Assembly: GCA_030141605.1 (NCBI GenBank) | Contig: JAQGDQ010000117.1 | Coordinates: forward strand, 372,001-436,000 | Reading direction: 5' to 3' | Origin: Tubiluchus corallicola | Taxonomy: Eukaryota > Animalia > Priapulida | Length of the DNA: 64,000 nt | Shown here: positions 14,235 to 26,908 of the stretch, one piece after another | Numbering within the stretch: the stretch's first letter is position 1 | Layout of the letters: the number at the start of each line of letters is the position of its first letter | Translations under genes and position numbers: made by a program | Notes under the pieces: model-generated | The model's input: only the letters and a program-made list of their open reading frames with translations | What the model was told of the DNA's origin: nothing | Database searches by the model: none

Positions 14235-15277
14235 AGAAGGACACAAATTTTTACTTGAAATATTTTTTCTCAAAATTTTAATAGGAAAAGATTAAATGTA
14301 TGTTTTCCTCTATTTATTAGTACTTGGAAACAATAAAACTGTTCCACATTCAACTGAACACCGTATGTGCTTGGTGTGTATATAGACTACTAATTAACTT
14401 TAGGTGTGAATGTATAACAATAACTGAAATAATGTGTGAAGATAGCAACTGCATTCCCGAGAGAAATACATGTAAGTGATGAAAATTCTAATAAAAGTGA
14501 CATTCTAGAAGTCCAACTTTTCAAATCTTTGTGCAACTCTGTGGCTCTTTGCTACAACACCCAACTATAACTACCTAAACCCTAGATGCTTCTATAATTA
14601 TCTCTGGGCTAGTCCATCACTGGGGACACCTACTTTTAGCCATTGAGACATTTGTAAGGTTTTCTGACTCTGGGCAGCAGCCTTATGTAAGCAATAACCT
14701 TGGACATAATTCGTAATTCATTCATTAGTGTAACAAGATTGATTAATGATTTTTTTTAACAATTTTTGATGTTTCTGAGTGAGTAAAGATTGCAAACAAA
14801 CCTTTGTCTGGCGGATATTTGTATTGACAATGCACATGCACAGTGAAAACTGCAAAACTATCCAATATCGATAGCACTGCCCTTCTCATGTATTCGGCTA
14901 GTGTAGCGATTTTACATCTCGGTTTAGCCTCTATAGATATGATATAATCAATTAATTTGTCAATTTTGTGTGCTAAAGCTCTGCTGCAGTGCCTCCTATA
15001 CAACAATGATGTGGAATTGATGTAATTACTTCTTAGAAAAAGCAAGACTCAAACAAGTATCTGTGCATTTTAATACGCAATAGCAAGTTTTGAAATTACA
15101 GCAAAATATATGTCTTGCTTATAAGTTAGGTGTTTTGGTGCAGGTAAATTTTGTCGACATGTTGTCCGTTGAATAGTAATTATTTTGAGCTCATGCTGTT
15201 ACATTACGTGTGATGAAGTTTTTTGTTTTGCAGTGATAATTTTTAATAATGATTTCAGATTAGCCAAATGTGACAAG

Positions 15278-18200
15278 ATGTCCGTGTTTTACCGGCTGTT
15301 TCAGTCTGTTTTTGGCAGTGATGGTAATGATAGTCGCTCTTCAAGAAAAAGGAAGAGACGTGACTCACAGTCTGATGGTGATGACAATGAAGAGAAACAG
15401 ACTGACGAGTCTGCAGATCGGGTGCATACTCCAATAAAGTAATATATCATTGTGATAGATTTATTATCATTGATATTTATTACTGTGACAGAAGATAATA
15501 ATCTTTTACAATTTTCGTTGTGTTTGTAACTATCACAGGAAAAAGCTGAAGAGTACAGGCAATTATATTTACCAGACATTTTTTGTTGATGGCAAAGACA
15601 GCGATGTGACAATTGAAGCTTTAGGAAAACAATGGAAGCTGCACAAGGCATACCTTTGTCAGGTAATCTCTAGCGGTAGTTTTTTGCTTTTGCTCAATTA
15701 ACATTTATTAGTAACATTTGCCACATGTTTGCTGCTGATAAATGCTGCTCAAAATTATTTGAGACTTGGTTGTATCTAAGCACACGCTTTAAATGTAGCT
15801 CATGCATGTTGGCGTGCATTTTAATAACAGAGCATTTGAGTTTTGTATTTCTCATATAGTCAAATGCAACCATATAGCTCTGTTAATCTCATTTAGTAAG
15901 GCTTTACGGATTTTCTGTGGATTGGTAACAAGTTGATAAGTTGACATTCTGAGAGATGATTCTATTCTTGTCTTCATACCCTGAATTACCTAAAGCTAAT
16001 TTCCATGGAGACAGAATGCATGAGCTTTGGTTACGAAGAAGTTAAATAGTCTGATAAGCACAGAAGACATTTTACACTTGCACTTTTTTAAGTCAGTTTG
16101 CGGAGTGTTGCTCATTTTCTTGAGCGGACCTGGAAGTCTGTAAATTCTGTTTAATGTCGCATTAGACTACTATACCGTGGAGTTTCAAACATTTATTCTC
16201 TACATATCTTACTTGCAGTCTGATTACTTCAGCAGTATGTTTGATGGCAATTGGAAAGAATCTGAGCTTTCTTTGATTCAGTTAGATATTCCAGATGGTA
16301 ATATCACTGCAAAAGGTAATGGAATAGTTGTACCGCTTCAAGTAGTTTTTGTTTTTTGTCTCTTTTACGTTTTCATGCAGCTCTAAATTGATTGCTGATA
16401 ATATTTCAATTATGAGCGAACAAACTTTTGCTATTAATAATAATGTTTTTAATTATTTAGTACAGTAAAGTATTCTAGCAAATATTTGAGGCTTTTTAAG
16501 CCAAGATTAATGATAAATATTGAACATGTGCCTCAATAATGTATCTCGTTTGTACATCAATGCTTACAAAATTAGTGCACTTACGGAGTTTCCATTTCGA
16601 ATACATACAATGAGACATTTTTTGCACCAGCATTTTCTTCTTAACATGAACTAGAAGATTTGTTAAAAATGTTCCTATATCAGCTTCACAGTGATAACTG
16701 GCTTACTCATCATTGCATCCGTTATTTAATTTTAGCTTTAGACACGGCTTTAGGCAGTTTGTACAGGGAAGATGTTCATGTCACTCCTGCTGAAGTGATA
16801 TCAGTGCTAGCAGCTGCTCTGCTGTTACAGTTGGTAAGCCTCTTTACTAGCTTGAACAAATGTAAAGTGTTTCTAGTGTTAGTTGTATAGTATACCTTGC
16901 ATTTAAGTGTAAACTAGTGTTTTTGAAAGACAAGTTCCTTAAAGAAGTGCTGGTTGGCAGTATTTTGACTCTGTTACATTAAAATTTATGTGTTTTGCTG
17001 AGTGCCACTTAGGTACATCTAACTGTGCATAAATATTATTGTGTTTTCGGTCTGTCTGCTTTTGGCAGTGAATTAGCTGCATTTTGGATAAGAAAACTAC
17101 ATCAATTAAAAGAACTGCAAGTTTTTTGCCTATTTGTTACTTTCTCAAGTTGTTGCTGTTTTATGACTAAATAGTAGTGATATGGTGTGGAAATTGAGTT
17201 TCAGTGGAACTTGAAGTATAAAGACCAAATTTAATCATGTTCTTCTGATCGTAAACACAAGTTCACATATTCAGTCACGTGCCAGCTTCTTGACAGATGT
17301 GTGTCTTACATACTGTTACTTGTTTCCTAGGTTGATCTTTGCCAGCAGTGCCAAAACATTATGAAGGAAACGATCTAGTAAGTACGATGATTATTTTGTT
17401 TTCATATACCTAGTCACTTAAGCTGGGAACTCAGCGTGTTATTTAGATGTTTTTTATGTAGTTCAACTCATTGCAAACTAATTTCAGATGTTCAGTATTA
17501 GGACATACTTATAAATGTTGATGGTTGTGACAAGACTGGACTCTGGCTTATTATCAAAAATAATCCACTGAAATGAGACGCTGAAGAGGCAGAAGTACTT
17601 TAGCCATATTCAGATGTATGTGCACCTTCATTCAGTTATAGAAATAGTTGGAGGCACTATGGCAAGTGAGAGGAGAGATTTTTCTGTTGGTTACTCATCT
17701 ATTTAATAACCACATGCAGCAGTGTTTACCTTCTACCACTAAGTGCATACCAGTACTGAGCTATACATGTTTACACTTTACGAATTTTTTTAGTGCAAAA
17801 TAAATTTACTTTACTAAAGAGCAAAATGTTTGAGTCTTGGGTTCCTTGACCAAATCTAGAAGCCTTATGCTGTCACCTAGAGAACAGGGGTAAACAGGTA
17901 GTAGCTGCACTGCAATGGCAGACATAGAGGGGAGGCTTTGAGGCAGCTTGGTGTGAGGAATTAGATGTTCACCTACTGATAACCAAACACGGACAAAAAG
18001 AATTATATTCCCTCCTCTATCAGGTTGTATGGTTAGGTTCTATCTAAGATTTTTGAGCCCACAAAGTGCACTGAGCCTCCCAACTTTGAACAAAGTAAAC
18101 TATAACTGCTGCAGTGATTGTTCTGATTCATTATCTCTCGTAACTTTGTTTTTGTGTTATGTGTATATTTCACTTTAAGATGCTATTATGTTTTTTACAG

Positions 18201-21200
18201 TGATGAAACCGCAGCGTATTACCATACTGCCGCAAAGCTATATGGTCTTGCCGACATAGAACAAAAGAGCTTTCAAATGATGCTAAAGAATTTGATGCCC
18301 ATGCAAACACCGGCACTGTTGAAAAGCCTAAGGTACAGTGATTTTTTTTCTGAAGATTCAACAAGCTAATTAAACTGATTATTTTTTTCGTTTATGTTTA
18401 TTAGTTTGTTTATTTATTCACCATTCGTGCAGTAGTTATGGGTGATTACTATATTAATCAAATTAATGCAAATTACGTCCATGTATAAATCGATATAATC
18501 GGTATTGAACAGTAATTCAGTTAATCGAGATTAACTGAGAGCACAATGTACATGGTGCACAATGACTAAAAGATAGTGTTTTTGCAGTAATAAATGGAAA
18601 AGTCGTTTTTACAAATGTACATAATTGCGAACCACAGTATTACAAACTGGGGGCTTCAAATTCATTGCCATGTGACGTAGTTATAGCATAGTTAACGAAT
18701 GTGCGTGTCTATAAAAATTGTTTGCTAGTATAAAAATAGCAGACAGCGACAAAAGCCGCAAAGAAATTGATTCACTGCAATCATTCAAAAATTTGGTAAA
18801 ACACTAAAAAATCACCGCAAATTAATCATGATATTGAATTACAAGAACAACATTATAATCGAATTACAACTTTCAGAGTCGCCCATCACTATCATGCAAT
18901 TCACTGATTCATTTGTACATTTATTAACTCAAATATTTATTCGTTAACTATTGTTGCTTCCTATTTGGTAAGTTTTTTCTTTTATTTTTTAAGTATTATT
19001 GCTCTTATTTTCTTTAAATAGGAAAGTTATATTTTCTTAAAAAATAAAACAAAAACATTATACTTACAGTTATATATTTTATCATATTTACAGTTATATA
19101 ATGTATCTCTTCTTTTTTGTATCAGCAAAATCTAATTCATTAATGTCTGTTTTTGTACTGTAATTTTGCAGTAAAGAGCAGCTGAGTGATTTGCTAAACT
19201 CTTCCAAACTTTTTGTAATGCAGGTGGAAATGGATATTTATAATCTAGTAAAAAAGGTAAATATACATTACCTAAATCATACACCATATGCATATAAAAA
19301 TACATTAATTAATTACATTAATTATTAGGAATACAGTCACATAAAGTTGCATTTTCATAAATTAATATTTAAACTTGTTTTAAGTTTTATAACAAGTTTA
19401 AATGTAGCATGTTATTGTAATGAGTTTAGTGATATTTGAAAAAAATAGGTTTGAGTATGACTGATACTTTGAGATTTTATTTTGGTTTTTACTTTGAAAA
19501 GTGAGTTGCAAATGAATTTGAAAAGTTCTTTCTGGGCTAATTTTGTTTACGCACGCGGACTTAGATTCTTACAGATTTAGTGATAAATTTTAAACGTGTG
19601 TTTTTCAGTGGGTATTTTTGCAGCTAAATATTTCTTGGGCTGGTGGAAGTAAACAGGACCTCATCACAGACACTCAAGACTTTTTTAGAAGACGAGCTGG
19701 TAAATTGTCTGTCTGAATGTCCTTGTGTGCTCTGGTACTTAGTATATCTTTAACATCATTGCCATCCTTGTAGATGTAGTCTAAAGATGCTTCATGCCTG
19801 TCCTTGCCACTAGGTGTAAACTTTTTTCTGCAAAAGTAGCAGCACAACTGTAAATTCTGATTTTGCTCTGGTCACGTATAAAACAAGAATAAAATATGCC
19901 AATGAAAGACAGGGATGATACCGTAACTGAAATTACCGAAACCAAAATCGAAATTTGTGAAACGCATAGGAAACTGATACGGAAACAAAACCGAACTGAA
20001 ATCATTTTCGCTAAACTAACTTTTATCAAAACTGAAAAATTCTGAAATAAATAAAATACTTTGTTTTTGTTTGTTTGCTTTTAGTTGCTCTGATACAAGC
20101 TTGATGATCGTAACTAGGCAAAAAATCTTAACCTGAAAAGTAGAACATTGTTTATGGTTTAAGATCATGATGCTTCACAAATTTTATTTTGTTACCTGTA
20201 TTTCATAGATTGTAAAATTAAACTTGGTTTTATTCAAATTACTCATTGACATTTGGGCTGATTGTGCCTGGTGACCTTAAAGCTTCACAGTCGTCAGCAC
20301 TGAAGGTGTGCCACATTGCCGTAAAAAGCGTGCTACAAATTGTACAAAAAGTTAAATAAACGATATTTGTGTTTTATGTGCAATATTTTAGCCAAAATCT
20401 TTCAGCGAATTCTAACATCTAGACTAAAAAAAGGTAAGCTGGGTAAGCGCTACTACAATCTTTCGGAAAAATGCTACCAAAAGTTACTGAAAATTTTTTC
20501 TATGAAACTTAATAATTTTCGACAAAAACAAAACTGAAGCAAAAGTGCAATATCAGCAAACATCCCCGATGAAAAGGAGTGACTTTACTTTTTCCAACCC
20601 ACTTACAGCCTGTATTTTCCTGGCTAAAACGTTTAACATATCTTGATTTGCATATTAGTGGGATTCATATTTTTAAGACACGAGAGAATGACTAAATTTT
20701 ATTTGCTTTTTCCGTGTTGTAGAAGGTGCAGCTGATTTCTTTTTGCATACTGAAGAAGGTTCACAGTTTGCATCGTTGTTCCACTTGATACGTTTTCCAT
20801 ACATTATAAGTGACTTGAATTCGGAAAAAGTTGTCCTGGAAGACAGGATAATTCCAACAGGTAAGGAAGATTTTAGCAAGAAGAAGACATTCAAATTGTT
20901 AGTGGTATGATAATTATATTACTAGTTGTTTTAATAGCACTATACAAACGTTTTTTGTTTTTCACGATGGTAACATAAGTGTTTTAAACACTTTGGAACA
21001 TATGAGGGCATGTGATTTTTTTGCATTCGCAAAAAAAGACATTCTCTTTTTTTTATTAATCGGTAAAGTTTGCTAAAAAAGTTTTTCTCTTTTGCTATAC
21101 TAATTGTATTACTAATATTAATTTATAGTAATTAACCACTAATACTTGATATTTTATTGTGGTTTAGACTGGCTGGATCCAGTGTATAAACTTCAGTGGA

Positions 21201-24200
21201 GGCGGCTACTGAGATTAGATCAAGGTTTTGACATGGGGTATGTTCTCTATGCTATCAATTCATTAACTTGAGCAACGACAGATGTATAAATTTCTGCGCA
21301 GATTTTAATAATGGTGGGGAGGAAGTAGTTAGATGTTAACCAATGTGCACAAGCAGTTGAAAATGAAATTTACTTATTTGTTGTTGGCTTTAATGTTTGC
21401 ACTATAATTTATAGGTGCTCTTGCAGGACCTTTATTGTTAATTTGTTCTAGTGCACAGTTTCAAACTTAATCAGAACAGTATTTTTGTAAACCTTGTCAC
21501 GAGTGCTGTCGTCAGACCATGCGAGCAAAATGTCACAAAACCAATGGTCGTCCCCTAAGTACTGGCCCTGTCATCAGAATTATGTTACAGACATCTTTAT
21601 TATTTGGTTTGTTTTGATTTGTTTGATGAACTCCTGATTTGTTTTCTGTGACATCTTCACTTTAATTGATTATTTTATGCATGTATTATTCTTGTTTATA
21701 TGTTTTACAAATGTATTCATTAGGGATGCTCACAAATAATTGATTATTCAATACTTCAAATATTTTTTACTATACTAATAATAACATACTATTCTATTAT
21801 TGTATGTACACTGTATTGACCATGTCCTAAATGTCACCCACTCACTTGGTGCTGGGCAAAATCATTGTCCCAATAAAAATGACCCGGTGTCTTTACTGCC
21901 ATACACAGAAAAACATTTATTATGCTGTCAGTTCACTGCCCTGGGCAATATTAGTTCACTAGGAAATCAGATATATCCTTAGTCATACTTGTGGCATCAA
22001 GGAGTTTAGAACTTTTTCAAACACCATAAAATGCTTATTATGAAACAATAAAAGATCAAAAAATTAACAAGCTCTATGTTAGATCATGTACAGCAGTTTT
22101 TTCAAGTTAAGTAATGCAGTAAAATAGTGCAGTAATTAAAACTACTGTTCAGTCCAGACAAGAGTATAGGTGCAGGTAAATTTATATTTCTAGCTCAGCA
22201 GGGGTTCTTGTGACTCCCCAATTAACGTAGCCCAGCTAGACCACCAAGTTGTGTTTTTTTTAATTTCATTTGGCTAGACGGACTTCATGACTGCTAGCTG
22301 GTTTGAGCTGTGAGATAATCACCGACTGACAGCTTAGTATTAAAATGGCTTAAAATGGATAACAATCAATTATGGGTGTAGTAAAAATTTTCTAGCAAGA
22401 TTTGCTACCACACTGCTTATTTGTTTCCACAAAATCTGCAAACAAAATTACGCATCTAGTCCATTTAACAAAATGTGTAACGTTCTTAAATCCTTGTTTT
22501 TTTACAGTCTGCAAAAATCTGTGGACATCTGCAAAAAGATCTGTGGATTTTGGCACCGCTCATTTTTGGCCAGAATATTACAGTCTGTTAATTTCAACTT
22601 AATTAAAACTTCATGTTGCCTCAGCTGTATTTAAAGGGCTGGTGTGACATATTGTGTATGGCAGGCTGTGGCAGCTCATGGCGGCAGCTTCAGGATTTAA
22701 GTTCAGTCCAGACAAGAGCTGTATGTGCATAAATTTGTCATTTCAGCTCAACAATTAATGTACACAGTGATGCAGTAACTGCTGCATTGTATGTATTTTG
22801 TGTTTATCTATTGCGTGGGCTGTTGTGATTAGTTTGGAAGGAAAATATACCATAAAATAATTTTCCTCGATCGAATAAATTATCCGAAATTCACACCCTA
22901 ATGTTCCTGTCTCTCAAGCATACGTACACACATGTATTACGTATATACTAAAACAATTTTTTTGTATTTAGACCAAGTGTAGATAACGTTAGTCTAGAAG
23001 TTTTTAACACAGAGTCCATGAGATGTGGTCGTGTTTTATCACGTAATGGAGAGGTATGTTTGATTAACAAACATTTTTAGGGTTTATTTGCACCTGTTTG
23101 ACAGTAAAGGTTGACAAACTAATAGAAATTAGATGATTCCAAATAACAATTGACATTTCGTCACCATAGCAGTATCTGCTTTGTTTTGTTACTTTTGCCT
23201 CACTTGTTGGCTAAACTATTAGAAAAACAAACTATCACTTGTATGTATTCATAATTTACTTATCTTGCCTTTATATTCTTCATATTTCACTTAATAAGTG
23301 TTCAAGTCATCAAGTTGTGTGGTGGTAAAAATGCAGCATAAAACATTGAAAACCCCAATACTAGTAGCTCAGTTTTGCACAAAAATGGGCATATCATTTC
23401 TTTTTTTAGAAATGAACGTTTCCTGCTTCTCCATCCCACCAGTGTTGATATCCATACTTATTTAGTTCTATATCTTGTCGAATTTATTTGCACAATATTT
23501 AAATATTGTATTTTAAATTTAGTTATTAATCACTTGCTTCTGTAGAAGAGATTCTTGACAATTCATAATGGCCCAAGTAAATATTACTATGGCATTTTTG
23601 TGTAGTATTTGGCAGTATTTTATTTCATTGTTTTTTTACATCCTAAAATATGATGCAGAGGTACATATGCATGCACAGTGCAGTAAAGGTAATAGGTAAT
23701 CTAATGTAGTGCTCTGGTACGTAAGTGATTAGTTTATTTTTTCCTGTCAAATCATTTTATGGGATAGAATCCGTCTCCAAAGGTTAATGCTTTAGCAATG
23801 CTCTAGGGAAAATTTACTGACCTAATCAGATAAAGGGAAGGCCTGATAACCTAGTGCTATGACATTTAGCTACCGATCCAGAGATTCTAGGTTCGAATCC
23901 CTCAGTTATATTTGAGTACCTTATCATAAGCTGAGGAAAGAAAGGCAGCTGAGCAATGGCCAACGATCTGTCATCCTTGTGTGCAAAGCCTGCAAAAATA
24001 GATGCTGTATCCATCTATTCTAACACCAGTCACCAGACCCCTCTGGCATGGGCCTTTTTTCTACTTTTATGCAGATAAAGTTAGTTTACAAACACTAGAT
24101 TTAGAAGATCTATTCTGTAGTTATGTCATTATTAACATAATTTACGTTTCAGTATTGCTGGCGGTGGATAGGCTTTTGCTATGGTTTTGATCTCATTATT

Positions 24201-26908
24201 ACCTATTGCAATCGAGTGCTAAGCTTCCGACGGAACACAACATACACACCATGTTCCGCATCCGTTAGTCAAGTTCCACACAGGCAAATACTTTACAGGT
24301 AATGCACCCTTTATTGAAATAAATTGTTTATTTCAGCACATAGCCTGGTGTGCTGTAATGACATTTAGTTGTAATATTTGTTAATAAACAGCTTTACATG
24401 AATTTTTACCTATAACAAGTTAATGTCAGTGTTTTTATGAAAGCTTATTACAAGGACCAAATGACTGAGCTTTTATCTACTGTAAGACAAGCCTTTTCAC
24501 AGTTCCACCGATTGATGATGACCGTGAAAAGGTCAAAGGTTAAGTTAAGTTAACAACGTTATCTGAACCAAACAACGCATTTGTTTACACTTGACAACAG
24601 CATGACACCCATGCTGTTGTATTAGTAATAGTTCTTGGCATTAAATTTTGCTTCATTTATTTTATTTTAGGTGGGTTGTTGCTGCTTTTTGCTAGCTGTT
24701 TTTGGATCACAATAACATGTTAGTTTAAAACCATACACGTATAGTATGATAATAAAAACAACCATGTGTTTCATCCATTCATCTACATGTAGTTATGTAC
24801 ATAAGGTCACATGACCTTTGCAGTTAAGGTAAGATGCGCTGGGTTCAGTTAACCTTTGACCTACAGCAACTGCGCATGTACATGGCAAAACTGTGAAAAG
24901 ATTGCTGTTTTGACTGTTGTAAAGTGTTTTTTAATGACCAGATTAGAAGATGTGTCACAAACTAAATTGTGTTTGAAAATCAGACATTCCTAGACTTCAG
25001 ATTAGGCTTCTCAGCAGTAATGCAAGTCAGTATTTTCTTATTTGTCAAGAAAGAAAACGATAGGTTTTTAAAGCAAAAACTAAGAAAAGGGCAACCAAAC
25101 TCACTGTACCTGATGGGGGACAAATTTTAATAGGTATAGAGTGTCAATGTAAAGCTGTAAGGAGTTGCGATACACTTTAATAAGGTTGTGGGTGGCTTTA
25201 AGGCTGTGGTTTGAATTCAATTAAAGCTGTGAACTAATTTTATTACATTATAGTTAAAAACATAATTTCACAACAAGTTAATATGGGAATTCACATTTTT
25301 TCATTAATGCGCAGTGTTTTGGTTGTAAGATGACAACGTTTCTCTACTTTAATCTTTCATACAGAATCTTGATATAGTGTATTGAATTAAATACAGTCAA
25401 ACCTCTTGAAACTGCTTACTTTGGGACGTTGGTGAAGGGTTTGGCATTGCAACAAGGTGCATTTATACATACATGTATGTTTATGCAGTATAGACATCTT
25501 GTTTTGCCAAAAATATGGGCATTGAGCGAGGCATACGTTATAAAGGGGGCGTTATAACGAGGCTTGATTGTAATTGTCCGTTTTGCGACACTTTGCTTGA
25601 CAAGTTCATATACTCTCATGCCACCAAACATGCATGCATTCTTCACGATTTTTTCTTTTTTGTGTATAATTTACATTGTAGCAGCTGTCAGCGGACAACA
25701 GTTTGTGAGACTGGGCTTAGCGTGCACTGCCGATCTACATATATTATACTTCTATTATAGGTTTTCAGTAATCTCAGCAGATGAAAAAGGTAACATCAGA
25801 TATGAAAAGGAAACTGAGCTTATTAATCCGTCTCTTTCCAAGGATGAGGCAAGTCATTTCATCTTGTATCTTTATAGGTCTTACGTTCTTAAAAAACATC
25901 GTTATAGGGACTCTCTCAATTAAAACAAGCTGAAATGATATTATCTAAAAGTTATATATTTAAAGCAAAACTATCCCAAAATTTGCATTTTCAACAGACA
26001 AGAAAACTGTTCACTTAATAAAGCTAAAAAATCGTCTTGAAATTTTGGTCCTGGTTCTACATACTATCTCACAGAGCTTGTATTAGCAGCAATACTGTAT
26101 ACCATTAGGCATAGCCATTTGAAACAACTTTTAGGTAACGTTGCATACAGTTCGAGAACATAACACACACTTCATTAACTAAACAAAGCTATTTCATCAG
26201 TAAGCTTAATAATATTTTTATGAACACTGCAGATAGTGAAACAGTGACGTTTTACCAGCTGGCAGGAATGTTTGTTTTAAATTATTAAGATTTTTCAGTT
26301 ACATATGTCTTTCAAGCACATAATGCTAAGTTATATAACTTTGTATTGAGTTTTTCGAAGACACTTTAAAATTCCCCTTTCAAAATATAGGCAGTAGTTA
26401 TAGAAAATATATATTGACATATGGTGTGCAATAGCTGCTTTTCACTTTCACTGATAAATAAATGTTATCACTCCTTATCACAACATTACAGGTTAATTCA
26501 AAACCTTTTGTTAGAGTTAGGTAATCAAAATCATCAAGAGCATAAAGCAGTTGTACGAAGTATTTTTAGCTGTGCCATAAAACAACACAGCAACTCATAG
26601 CAGTCTTTTAATCCCATTTTGAACTGACATTATTATGTTTTATACTCTATGCATTTCTGGAAAGTTTGACAAAAAGTTTTGTGCAATATTTCTGTTTTTT
26701 GCAATAGTCTGGTGCATTGATGCCAAATACACTGAAAAGCGTTTTAGGTTTAATTCCTTTTCTTTAGGAGCAGCTAGTGATGACCATAGAGCGCAAGACT
26801 CCGTTTCCGCTATACATTGGACTCAACATCTTATTCTTTACGCCAGAAGGTGTAGCTGTCACTCAGCGCAATGACCAAGCCCCTGTTGTACACATGGACC
26901 CAGTGTAA
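15278..26908 (+). CDS. GMCL1: Germ cell-less protein-like 1 (BTB/POZ-BACK CUL3 adaptor), 499 aa, 14 coding exons
   Basis: Exons: 15278-15438, 15539-15662, 16219-16315, 16736-16833, 17331-17377, 18201-18332, 19172-19256, 19609-19699, 20723-20860, 21168-21237, 22972-23053, 24153-24298, 25761-25848, 26768-26908 (1500 nt, phases consistent). Diagnostic GCL peptides: KKLKSTGNYIYQTFF, WKLHKAYLCQSDYFSSMFDGNWKES, GSLYREDV, LFVMQVEMDIY, SMRCGR, YCWRWIGFCYGFDL. The last intron uses a GC donor. Confidence 0.95.
18433..18891. mobile_element. hAT-type MITE in a GMCL1 intron
   Basis: Ends tagttatgggtga ... tcgcccatcacta; imperfect 8-bp target-site duplication tcgtgcag / tcatgcaa; subterminal taatcg/cgatta-like motifs. 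Confidence 0.7.
19910..20568. mobile_element. Probable hAT-type MITE
   Basis: cagggatg ... catccccg ends with repeated (a)ccgaaa/actgaaa subterminal motifs. Confidence 0.5.
21721..22900. mobile_element. Probable hAT-type non-autonomous element
   Basis: tagggatg at the left end and cacacccta at the right end, with ttattc/gaataa subterminal motifs. No clear TSD. Confidence 0.4.
23845..24055 (+). mobile_element. tRNA-derived SINE (Pol III A/B boxes)
   Basis: A-box-like taacctagtgc and perfect B box ggttcgaatcc at 23890-23901, followed by a non-tRNA body. No complete cloverleaf is evident. Confidence 0.6.
24490..24903. mobile_element. MITE (possibly PIF/Harbinger-like), copy 1
   Basis: TIR agccttttcacagtt ... 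aactgtgaaaagatt; homologous in inverted orientation to 33361-33744. Confidence 0.75.
25394..25570. mobile_element. Tc1/mariner-pogo type MITE
   Basis: ta|cagtcaaacctc ... gaggcttgattg|ta, i.e. imperfect TIRs with a TA target-site duplication. Confidence 0.7.

Noticed and set aside
23845-23910. tRNA gene
   Set aside because: B box present but no convincing acceptor or anticodon stems, and it continues into a SINE-like body.
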